Origin: the human T2T-CHM13v2.0 reference genome, Homo sapiens
Reading direction: 5' to 3' (one strand)
Assembly: GCF_009914755.1 (NCBI RefSeq)
Contig: NC_060936.1
DNA length: 64,000 nucleotides
Part shown: in pieces, positions 1 to 10,891 of the stretch
Layout of the letters: the number at the start of each line of letters is the position of its first letter
Numbering within the stretch: the first letter of the stretch is position 1
Position numbers and translations under genes: made by a program
Notes under the pieces: model-generated
What the model was told of the DNA's origin: nothing
The model's input: the letters and a program-made list of their open reading frames with translations, nothing else
Databases searched by the model: none

Positions 1-942
1 AATAGAATATATAAACTCTCTCAGGGAAGAGGACCCAGTAGGTAATCTAAATTTGGATGTGCTCAATTTATAGATGGTGTTTAAATCCAGGAGATCAGAT
101 GAAGTCACTAGGGGTGAATCAGAGAGAAGAAAGGAAAGCTACCTAGAAACTTCAAATTGTAGAGATAAAGATGGAAAGGGAAACACTGAGAAAAGAGTTT
201 GAGCCTACAGAGGGTTTTGCTGATAATGGACTGTGAGTACAGTTAGTTTAGTGGAAATTTGAGGAATTATAGAAGATGTGGTCAGATTAGTGAATGTGCC
301 CATCTAAATGGGATGATAGTTCAGACATGAGATATGATCTGGGATTTACTCTCTCTGGAGACTGACATAAGCAAGGATGCAAAGCATGGCATGATTAGTA
401 CTCTTGGTTGCTTAGGCAGATTGTTGGAGTTACAAGGCTTTGGTAGGTGGTGGGGGAGTGGGTTCTGGGGATATTGCCAGGAGCACACAGAGCTTTGGAT
501 AACATAACATGCATAACAGCATCACGTCCAAAATTCACAATCTGCTCAAAAACTACTTCTTTAAATACATACCAGTCACAGTAAACTTCTGATGATTCAT
601 CAAATCAATCATCTTGATTTTCTTTGTGCCGTTGCAGAGGATTCATCCTCTACTTAGAATGCTCTACCTTTATGAAGATCATATATGTCTTTAAGAGGCT
701 ACTAAAAATGTAATCTCTGTGTTGTTTTTGTGAACTACCTCAGAAAGAATCAGATACTATATTCTAGGCCCCACATTACATTGTTCTAAAGACCTATCTT
801 TCAGGAGATTGTGGACACCTTGACTGTAGAATTAGTTATTTTTAATTGCTTCATAATATGCAGCATCCAGTAGGGTTAAATGTATAATTGTTCTCTTTCC
901 TCTATTCTTCATCTTTTCCAATACCTTCTATATCCCATACTA

Positions 943-1120
943 TCCCTCCCTCCCTCCCTCCCTCCCTTCCTTCCTTCCTTCCTTCCTTCCTTCCTTCCTT
1001 CCTTCCTTCCTTCCCTCCCTCTTCCCTTTCCTTCCCTTCCCTTCCCTCCCTTCTTTCTTCCCCCTCTCCCTTCTTTCCTTCATTCTCTTTTTCCCTTCCT
1101 TCTCTCTCTCCATTTCTTCT
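943..1120 (+). repeat. (CCTT)n/(CCCT)n polypyrimidine-polypurine microsatellite
   Basis: Directly visible; explains ORFs 880..1188, 888..1145 and 902..1150. Confidence 0.97.
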
Positions 1121-1719
1121 ATCTTTTCTCAACATACAGTTATAGATCACTTCTTAAGTTAGCAATCCTTTCTTCTTTAAAAAAATAAGATAAAATTGCT
1201 AACAATAACTTTAAAGGCTAATGAAGAAGGAAAATACTATTAGCAATTACCATTAAAATTTCACAATCTGCCCTTAGTTTCCTCTTCTACCACATACCCT
1301 ACAACAGGAATAATTGATTCCAGCCAAATAGTTGTGCCTATTATTTAAAATGTCACACTCATTACCCATCCCCTCACCCCACCAAGCACCTGTGATCATG
1401 CCACATGCACTATGTTTGAAAGCCTGGGGTCAGAGTCCTACTTTCCCTTAAATCTTCAGTCAAGTCCCTCCTTCCTGAAGTCTTCTTCACAGCAGCAATA
1501 TATCATGGTCTTTCCTACCTGTAGCTCTTACTGCCTACTTCACTAATTTGGCATTTGGCATCTGCTACCCTGCATCCTCATTGGTTTGTAAGGGCTGTGT
1601 TCTCTCTCCTCAGTTAGATTTTTTTAGCTCCTTTGGAACTAGGATTATGTTTGGACATATATAACTTAGCATAATTCTATTTATAATAGTATTTAATGTA
1701 TTTCTGCTGAAAGAATATC

Positions 1720-1960
1720 TAAAACTGACATAAATTAGCGCATATATTTTAATTCTATTTATATAAGGCATAAAGCAAGGCAAAACCATTTTTTAATGTT
1801 ATAAGTCAAGATAGTGATTATCCTTTAATGGAAGAGTATGAGTATAGACTAATTTGGGGGGAGTTTCTGAAGTGCTAATTTTTGGTGAATTTGGGTTACA
1901 AAGATTCATGAAGCTCTTCCTCTCTATGTACGCTTTTCTGCACATATTCTAAAAAGTTAA
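1720..1960 (+). mobile_element. Old L1 (L1ME-like) 3' UTR fragment
   Basis: ttctatttatataag...aggcaaaac...agtcaagatagtgattatcctt pattern typical of L1ME 3' ends; very diverged. Confidence 0.5.
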
Positions 1961-2083
1961 AATTGTTTTACAAAGATAGCATACTAAAATTATTTTTTCA
2001 AATTTATTTTACAACAAAACATTCATCAGTGGAATAGAAAATAAAAATAGAAAATGGGCCCAAAACATAAGTTTCCATTATAC

Positions 2084-2146
2084 CTTATCATGTAAAGATT
2101 CTTCAAGATTCTTTCTGAAAGTTTCTGATTCTTGAATTAAAACATT
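2084..2146 (-). CDS. PPFIA2: PPFIA2 coding exon, 63 nt, NVLIQESETFRKNLEESLHDK (about aa 495-515)
   Basis: Manual translation; acceptor TTTCTTTTCTTTAG, donor AAG|GTATAA. Confidence 0.95.
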
Positions 2147-2268
2147 CTAAAGAAAAGAAAATAGCAGAAATAATTAATAAATTAAACATAAAATACTTAA
2201 AAATATATTGATTAATATCTTATCACTCAAGAATCCTCTTAGATTCCTTCCTTAGTTCAGGTATTTCT

Positions 2269-2286
2269 TGGTTTCCATGGAAACCA
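2269..2286. promoter_or_regulatory. Palindromic RFX X-box motif (core GTTTCCATGGAAAC, 2271-2284)
   Basis: Perfect 18-bp palindrome TGGTTTCCATGGAAACCA matching X-box consensus GTTNCCATGGNAAC. Confidence 0.55.
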
Positions 2287-3700
2287 TGCTTTGATGAAAT
2301 TTTCAAATGTGAGACCTTCACATTTAAAAAATACATAATTTAAATGGGAAATGCTATTTTGTAACACTTGAATGAACAAATGAAATAAATATTGCATTTT
2401 AAGCTACTTCTGTTTGCCTTTTCTCAGACCACATTTTAAATCAGAAACTATTGGTTATTCTTCAAGTAAGAAAAAGTGAGCAACAAGCTAAATCTTAGAG
2501 GTGTTATAAAAAATTCAGAAGAACTCACTTCTATTGTCTGAAGAAAGAAGAAATCATGAAATCATATTTTTTAAAATTTCACTTTCTGGACATCTACTGC
2601 AATGTGGAATTAACAATTTATAATGATACTTAAATTATTAGAGAAATAACAAACTCTAGCTATTCAGAAACCTAATATTACATGTCACAAAGTCAGTGGA
2701 AATAAGTTGGCATCATAGATACTTAAAATAAACCTTGCCAGAAAATTATTTTTGTTGTTAAAAATTATTTATTTTTCTACAAAACACACAAGTACTATAA
2801 GACATTATTTAAAATAATGTATTCTTTTTCAAAGTTATAGAATAAAATTAAACTAAGAGTGTAGTAATTGCATAGGGGCCATGTATTTGAAGTTGTATGA
2901 GAGGAAGTCATGTCTTATTACTTTCTAATGGGTAAATTAATCAAACTAACTTTTTGTCAAAACATTTTCCCTATTTTGGTTTATTTTATGTACTAATGGA
3001 AAATGTCTAGCTAAAATAGTGATTGGCATTCAATCTAGATTTCTAAAATGATGTGATCATCCGGGTTTTATACCCTACCTTAATTTATGCTCTGGAATTG
3101 GTAACCAGCTCTCATAACTCTTGCTGGTCTGGTAGCTGCCAACTATCAATGAGACATATATAACTGTAAATCACATTGCAGACTGTACAGAAGCACTATT
3201 TCTGAAATAATGCAGCTGAAAATACTGGGTTCCTAAACCCTCTACTGGGATTGATACTAGTTCTTTTGATGATATAAACTCACTTACATTTTGACTTTTA
3301 GACTGGTGTGTAGGTATCAGTCACTTGACACGTGAATATTTCAAATCACCTTCCCCCCAAAAAAGTATTGACTTGTGTCTCATCACTTTTCTATTTTGCA
3401 TACCAGGCAAAGGATATATAAAATATTTTCATCATAAAAGCACAGCATATTTTAATACATTTGCCTCATATGAACATGTGAATATAAAAGATTTATATAT
3501 CATGCAAATTTTTTATTCATCCCAAATTTGATCTTACACTTTTTTAAATAAAAAATATGCATTCCTTTCTAAGAATATACCAGGCATTTTTAAAAACTAA
3601 GTAAATGGATCATCTGACCATTACAATGATTGCAGCTGTATATAAAACAAACATGAGCATTGCAAAATATTCATGTGATTTTACCCTTCTATCGTTTTAC

Positions 3701-3832
3701 CTTTTCTTCTAGAGCAGCCATTCTTTCCTTTAAGTGTAGTTGTAGGCGTTCATTGGATTCAGTCAGAAGTCTATCAACCGTATCCGATAATCTCTTGTTA
3801 TGCTCCTCATTCATTTTCTCTCTTTGCCTAGC
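3701..3832 (-). CDS. PPFIA2: PPFIA2 coding exon, 132 nt, [44 protein letters not shown] (about aa 451-494)
   Basis: Conserved liprin-alpha motif [23 protein letters not shown]; weak acceptor AATGTAAG, donor AAG|GTAAAA. Confidence 0.96.
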
Positions 3833-4086
3833 CTTACATTTTAAAAAATGACATAAAAATCCATTCAAAAACTGTTTGAGATTATTTTTATAGTGTTGCT
3901 AGTTTTAAATTGAATTTAATTTTACATCTGTTTTGATTAAAGTGGTGGAAACATTTTATTCAAGTCAACAGGTCATATTTGTAAGTTTTAAATATAACCC
4001 ATACTCAGTTAAAGGCTTTCTTCTTATATACAGAATACGAATTCATAAACCAATGATTGGGGGGTAATAGTTCTTAATATACATAC

Positions 4087-4170
4087 TCTTTGAAGTTCTT
4101 GATTCTTCTCTTCAAGTTGACCCTCTAAATGTCTCATACGTTCTTCAATATTTCCATGTCTCTCTTCAGC
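4087..4170 (-). CDS. PPFIA2: PPFIA2 coding exon, 84 nt, [28 protein letters not shown] (about aa 423-450)
   Basis: Manual translation; acceptor TTTCTTAACAG, donor AGA|GTATGT. Confidence 0.96.
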
Positions 4171-4597
4171 CTGTTAAGAAATATGAAGAATACACCTGAA
4201 ATGTAAGATTTGGTTAACACTTTTCCTCTAAATAAATTGAAATAAAATGTAAAGCAAGCTACTACCAACTGCAAACATAGTTTTTAAAAAATAAACTTTC
4301 TTCAAACAGGCAGCTGAACAGCATTGCTTGAAATGTGTCAGCTACAAAGGCCTGTTACATCCAAGCATCAGCAAAACATTGGAGTTATTTATGAGCAATG
4401 AAATCAGCCAAATGTAACATGCAGACTGTGCATGGTTTGAACACAAACCTGCCATTGTCCAATCTTAAGCTCCTGAAGCACTGAACTGCACAGATGGTTG
4501 ATTATCAATAAATAAAAGTAACATAATTTTTATAAATGAAAAGAAAAACTTAGATGGATTCTATTTAGCAATAGAAAGTAAAGTCCAGTAGGACTAC

Positions 4598-4684
4598 CTT
4601 CCTACGTATGGAGATCATTTCTTGTAGTTTAGCTTCCATAACATATTGATAATCATCAGATGAGGTAGAAGAGGTTGGATCAGA
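4598..4684 (-). CDS. PPFIA2: Putative alternative cassette exon of PPFIA2, 87 nt, SDPTSSTSSDDYQYVMEAKLQEMISIRRK
   Basis: Long polypyrimidine tract (TTTTGTCCCTCTCCTTTTCCTTGACTCGTTAG), open phase-0 frame, length a multiple of 3, donor AAG|GTAGTC; lies between the ...AALTK and AEERH... exons. Confidence 0.78.
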
Positions 4685-5315
4685 CTAACGAGTCAAGGAA
4701 AAGGAGAGGGACAAAATTGAAAAATCAGAACTAAAGACACTGACACCAAACAGAACATAGCACAGAATGCTTAAAAGAAAAGTGTGACAGCAAATTTAAT
4801 ACTTTAATAGACAGAATTTTATGTGGAAAGAACTACATTGATATTTGGTGAACACGATGCAGTTGATGGTTTTAAATAAAAAACAATAATATACTAAAAT
4901 AAAAAGCTATCAACCTAAGATATGAAAGGTTAGTGATGGCTGGCAATGAAAGACTACTACAGAATGAATAAAGCAACTCTGAAAGAGTTATATAATAATT
5001 GGAATTATGGGAAACCAAACACCAGAATATGTCTCTGATAGATTGTTAAAAGTTTGTATTAGGGTTTGTTTGTCTATATTACTTAAAAATAATGGAAACA
5101 GTAGTTTCACAATGTTGAGGAAAATGCTAGACAATGACTCAGGTGTAATTAATTTGGAACAAAATTTATTCTAAACCTTGCTCTGTAGAAAAAAAGATAA
5201 AAAAACTAAGCCTGGGGGTTATTGTGAGTAGTCCCCAATTCAAGCAAGATTGAGTTTCCTCAGCAACAGGAAAACTTATGAAATGACTTCTGGTCTCTGA
5301 ATGCACACTATGGTC

Positions 5316-5422
5316 ATTGGTCTAGAATCTAATGGCCTACTCTCAGATACTTGGTCTCAAATATTGGTCTAACGGTCCACTCTCAGATATTGGTCTAGAA
5401 TTTAATGGCTTACTCTCAGATA
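5316..5422 (+). repeat. Degenerate local tandem duplication (34-bp unit)
   Basis: attggtctagaatctaatggcctactctcagata (5316-5349) vs 5389-5422, 32/34 identical, with partial copies between. Confidence 0.85.
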
Positions 5423-6843
5423 GGTTTAATTAGAAATTTTAAATGAAAATGATTGAAAGTCCTCAAATTATCAATTGACAACAATGCTGTGAGAACAAGA
5501 AATCTTGTTTGTGACTCTCCTAAATGACATTAGGGGCCAATCCCAAACTGTTCCTGCATTGATTTGTTGCTGTGGAAACAAAATAGTGCCTAAAGTGAAT
5601 AGGCAGCACAGTTTCCTTGTAAGCTCATGTTTGCCCAGTGCCAAGGTTAGATACATGTCTTGGAGGTGACCGTCAGGTTACCACAGGTGCAGAGTGTTCA
5701 ACACATGTGACATTGCTGATAGCAAAATTGTTAGTATGTTATGCAAGGATTACATATGAAGTTATATCAACATTTTAATCATTGCAAGTTAAGTAATTAT
5801 TACATTTAAAGGACTCTATGTCAGGACTACAAATTTAACTCCACAGCATATTCTGTCACATTTTATAAGCTCATTCTAAAACAGTGAAACTCACTTTATG
5901 CCAATATAGAACTATATATAAATATGTCATGCAGTAACTGAAAAGAAATAGTAACCTATTCATTTGATTCAGATGCATATATACTATTTTATGCAATAAA
6001 TTCAAATTTAATCTATGAAAGCAAACATTTAACATTTCAATTCTGGTGTGCTTATGCAAACTACAATTCAACATTTACATTTTGTAAGGCTTTCCTTCTG
6101 ATATTCTTATTTTATAAATGTGGAAGATAATAAAGACATGATAACCAATTCCTTTCCTCCAAGTCGTCCTCAAATTTCCAATTTAGAAGCTATACAGAGT
6201 TACCATGGTCCCCAAATGCCATAATTTTTTAAATAATATTATTTAAATTTTAGAGTTCTATTAAGAATACAGTAAGTGGATCAAAATGTTGTTGAAATTA
6301 TATAATCTAAATTCATAAAGATATCTGTGATCCTTCAAAATTACATTTTAACATGCAGTTAGTAGTGTTTAAATTAATTAGGTGACTGACTCAAGACACT
6401 TGAGACATGAATATTTCAGCTGCCAAAACTGTGTCTTCAAAAATACAAGTTTTTAGAGGTCTTTAAAACTTCTAGTTGTTTCTGTTTACTTATTAAAAAC
6501 ACATCAAACTTAAAAAGAAAAAACACACAAAACACCAAAATTGTGAAAATTCCCTTCAGAGAAAAAAAAAGAATTTGGTCCTGTTTAAATTCCTATTATT
6601 GCTGATACATTTTATTGGTACTAGAAATAAATAAAATACCTCATTCAAGATGAATTATGTCCTTGCTAAAGGAATATGCATTTTAATTAAAAAGTAGATA
6701 TTATAAATCATAAGACTGGGAGCCCAAAGTAATCTTTATTGGTTAATTGCGTATAAACTCGCCAAAGCAAAACTTTTAGTTGTATCCATAACCATTAATC
6801 AATCATTCTGACTTTCTAAAAGACATAAATAAGCTTTGCCTAT

Positions 6844-6892
<49 letters not shown>

Positions 6893-6900
6893 CAAACACA
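6844..6900 (+). repeat. Interrupted (CA)n microsatellite
   Basis: Directly visible. Confidence 0.95.
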
Positions 6901-9582
6901 TTAGAAGGAGAAAAATAGTTTATCAACCAAAGAATGCATTCAGACATCCCATCTAAATAATATATACTGGGACCAATTTTCAACCAACACTACTGATTTG
7001 CATTCTATGTGAAAACTATAGTTTTAGCAATTGTTGTAAATACAAAGATCACACAGAAACAGTCTGCTATTTTTTATACTCCTTGGTGAAAAACTGTTTA
7101 TCTTAGTTTCACTCCTTAATATGATATAGGAAAATTTAAAATATACTAAAGTTTTAGGATGAACTACAGGCAGAAATGGTTTTGAGAACATGAATAACCT
7201 CAGAAAGGGAGAAGAAATTAAATTTAAAGAGAAAGACCTAGAAAAAAGAAGAAAAAAAGGTGACAGTAAAGTAGAAAAACGTATATTGGTGAAATAAAAT
7301 GTCTGAGGGGTTATTAAGAATATCATTCAAAATATAGGAGGAGGAACCCATGTTTAAGCTAAGAAGAAATATTTTTACTTTAGTGAGTAGTCAAAAGGTT
7401 AATGAACAGAAAAAGACTATGATGATCCATAATAAGGAAATATCAGAAACAAATTGAAACAGAAAAAAAAAAAAAAAACAGATATAAAAATAGACCCTAA
7501 AGGTCTTGAGAACAGAGTACAAGAAAAAGTACAAGGCTGTTGAAACCACAAAACTTGGGAAAAGGAATGAAAGAGTGATCCTCAAATGTTTAAAAAAAAA
7601 AAATGACAGGCAAAAGGAATGTGTTCAGGATAAAATCTCAGTACTTAAGGAGCTTTCATAATGAATAAAATATGGTCATAATATAAAAAGTATATATTTA
7701 AAATATGTTGTTGACAAAGCACCAGTCAGAAGAGAAAGTGATAAAAAGGAGAGTGAATCAGAGCATTTGAAGACTTTTTGGAAGAATTCCAATTTTCTGA
7801 AAAATGAAATCAAAGAGGTTCAGGGACAGTAAAGGGAGGAGAAAGCTGAGGGGAGCTATTTTTTGTGCCCAAGGTAATATTGTGCCCAAGATATATATAT
7901 ATCAACTTAACAGACTAGACAAGATAAGAGGAAAAAATATAAGGCACCTAATTCCAGTTATTTTTATATATTCTAAATCAATAATTCTTGGGAGTATTTA
8001 ATATAGTGTTTTTTATGTCAAATATTATATTTTAAATTGTTTTTATTCTCAGTCTATCAAAGGTTAATGTGGGGCAGTGATTTTCTGAATTGTAAATTGT
8101 GTTACTTGGGGGAAATTGCAGATTTTCTTGTGTTTTAGTCAAGATAATATTGATAATTATTTTAAGCTACAATTTTACAAAAGTTATTTTTCTTATTCAG
8201 TAACTCATCTAACCCCCCAAAACAGTGCAATTGAAAAAGATAACTCTTTTTGAAAGTCCTTTATGTTCTTTAGATGAAAGGCCTAATTATGCATATCTTA
8301 GTCTAGGTTATAGTCATTTAAGATCTGTGTTTGCAAGAAAAAATGAAATAATATGAACATGTTTAAATATTTTTTCAAATTAAATGATAAATTAATCTTT
8401 ATCTTAGAAATCACATATTCCTGAAATTGCCAGAGTGGTTTACTGGCATGGTTTGTGACTACAGAACGATCCAAATTATAATCCCATCTTAATCAGTTTT
8501 ATCCAACTAGTTACTCCAACACTCTGTAAACAAGCAACTATTTAAATGCTCTCTAATCCTGCTCTACGCAGTCAAAGGTTTGTCTTTCATTACCTGGTTA
8601 ATTGTCCTATTTTAACCAACAGGAAGATCAGTCCACTGTTCATTTTTAATTATTTGCTTTTTTAGAAAATCAGATGTGTGTGTCTACTTCATTGCTGCAT
8701 CAATTATTTTGGGTAAATCCTAATCCCGTAATTTTAAACTTGAAGTCCAGATACCTATCATACTCACTTATTGTAGTGGCCTTGAAAACTTAGCAAATAT
8801 TAATGATTGTATAAAAATATAAATTGTGTGATTATTTTTGAATTCATATTAAATGTCAAACATGCTTTTAGTGACAAAATGTAGTTTTATATAACTTGTG
8901 ACATATACATACACTTTGAAATGATGCCATTTCCGTTTGATTGTCAGAGGTCAGAATAGTTCTTTTTAACATTATAATGCTTGTAAAATTCTAAAATATT
9001 CAGATAGTTGCAGAATCTACTGGCCATATTATACAGAAAATTTTGAACACTCTTCAGCGTATTATTGATTTTAATTTTCAGATGAAATTACAACTATAAA
9101 ACTGCTTTCTGATTTTTAATTGTTTTAGACCTCAGACTTTTATAAGTCTAACTTCCCACTTCTAACAAGTTTTATACTGTAGTTGGAGAGGAATCAAGAA
9201 GTTATGATATTCTCTATACTTCTAATAGCAATTGATGTGAAGCCTGTTAAATTGTTATGTCTCATATAACATTATCTTTTTTGTTTATCTCCAGGATTAT
9301 TATACAAATATTACCATGGAAAATTAACTATAACAATGACATGAAATTTTACTTGTTTTGTTAATGTTTAAATAGGCAGGGGGATCATCACATTTGTATA
9401 ACAATTATTCCTGCTGGCATAAATATGTATGACAAGAAAAAAATTGACTTAATAACAGCTCAATATAATAGAGATTAAACTTAATTTTCATAAAGCCTAT
9501 AGAAAATCTTTACACATTCCATTTTGATTACAAGTCCTTTCTACAAATATATCTAGGTTGACCAGTTGTTCTAGTGCAGTAC

Positions 9583-9717
9583 CTTGGTTAGGGCTGCAAT
9601 TCTCTGAGCCAGTTCAGCCTCTACTTCAGGCAAGGTTTCAGCCTTTCTCATGGTCTGCTGCAACTTTTGTTCAGCTAGCTCAAGACGTTCTTGTAACTGT
9701 CTGTTTTTCTCTTCCAT
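9583..9717 (-). CDS. PPFIA2: PPFIA2 coding exon, 135 nt, [45 protein letters not shown] (about aa 378-422)
   Basis: Manual translation; acceptor CCCATTCCCATTTCAG, donor AAG|GTACTG; in frame with neighbours. Confidence 0.96.
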
Positions 9718-10101
9718 CTGAAATGGGAATGGGAGCAGAGACACTTAAAGAGTCAGAGTTTGGATAGCAAACACCAGTCGCCAGGGGCTTTGCACTTCAG
9801 CCATGATTCTAGATTTAAATCAGCCACTACCACACCTAAATGTGCAAAGTGTTGATTGTTGTCTTGTTATCATATATTGCTTATCTGTTTCCTTCATACA
9901 TTTCAGCACATTAAAACAATGAAGAAGCTCTTACCACTGGCAGCAAAAAGGAAAGAAATTACTCATGAGTATACATTTTAACAAAGGGAATATAGCTCAG
10001 TACTAAGACATCAGATATACCACCGTAGCAAAATATTGAAAATCATGGTATTTAGACTGGAGTTGGAGAGGTAATGTAGCATGATGATCCAGGCTCTAGA
10101 G

Positions 10102-10321
10102 ATAAGGTTGACAAACATTTTCTGTAACAGGTCAGATAGTAAAAATGTTAGGCCTCCTGTATCATATGGCCTCAATCCCAAATACTCAACTGCGTTGTAG
10201 CACAAAAACAGTCATAGACAATGATTAAATGATTGGGCATGGCTGTGTTCCAATAAGACTTTATTAACAAGAGCAGGCAACCAACCAGCTTTGGCCCACG
10301 GCTATAGTTTGCCTGTTTCTG
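10102..10321 (+). mobile_element. MER58A (hAT-Charlie MITE) nested in a MIR
   Basis: Matches recalled MER58A (caaac..tttctgtaa..ggtcagatagtaaa...ggctgtgttccaataa...tagtttgcc); 8-bp TSD ctctagag at 10094-10101 and 10322-10329. Confidence 0.85.
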
Positions 10322-10329
10322 CTCTAGAG

Positions 10330-10540
10330 CCCAATAAACTTAGTATTCCATTATTGGCTCTGGTGTTTAGCAGATGTATGATCTTGGGAAAGTCTGACTG
10401 TCTCTGAACTGTAGTGTCTTTACTACAATAACGCCACCTACTTCATAGGTGGTGGTTAGAATTAAGTGAGGTAATACATGAAAACTGTTTAGCACAGATT
10501 CTGGCTCATGCCTATATGAAAAGTAAATCAGAGTCATTAT
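10330..10540 (+). mobile_element. MIR SINE (3' part; 5' part about 10060-10101)
   Basis: MIR core: tgatcttgggaaagt...cctacttcataggtggtggttagaattaagtgaggtaatacatgaaaac. Confidence 0.75.
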
Positions 10541-10744
10541 TTGTATTACTATTAAGATAAATAATTTATCTTTCTGGAAAGTAAATTTCACACTGAAAAT
10601 CGTATTTGTTTTGCTAGAGAATTTCAAATTTTAGAGAATGATTACTCAAACATCTGTCAAGAAGTACCCTATTTTATTTACTCCGTTTTGTGAGAATGAT
10701 GAGAACGCACAGACCAGAAGAAAACCAAGACAGAGATACTGAAC

Positions 10745-10891
10745 CTGCCGCAGGATAGCTTCTTTATTTGCTAACTCATTTTCTAGTTTATCATTCATGT
10801 CATGTATGGAGGTAGATTCTCTCTGAGCACTGAGGTAACGCTTTTCAAGGGTTGTAATTCTTTCTTCCATATCTTCCTTTTGTGCCATGGC
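10745..10891 (-). CDS. PPFIA2: PPFIA2 coding exon, 147 nt, [20 protein letters not shown]...EAILRQ (about aa 329-377)
   Basis: Overlaps ORF 10646..10888; [16 protein letters not shown] is a hallmark liprin-alpha motif; acceptor TTTAATTGTAG, donor CAG|GTTCAG. Confidence 0.97.

Noticed and set aside
880-1188. ORFs 880..1188, 888..1145 and 902..1150
   Set aside because: Translations of the CCTT/GGAA microsatellite; low complexity
3660-3851. Plus-strand ORFs 3660..3851, 9558..9767 and 40617..40823
   Set aside because: Antisense shadows of real PPFIA2 exons
3322-6418. 22-bp direct near-repeat cacttga(c/g)ac(g/a)tgaatatttca at 3322-3343 and 6397-6418
   Set aside because: A 20/22 match is roughly what chance gives somewhere in 64 kb of AT-rich DNA; it does not extend
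6636-6680. Possible 26-nt stop-containing exon with upstream UGC
   Set aside because: Weak donor (GAG|GTATTT) and no other support
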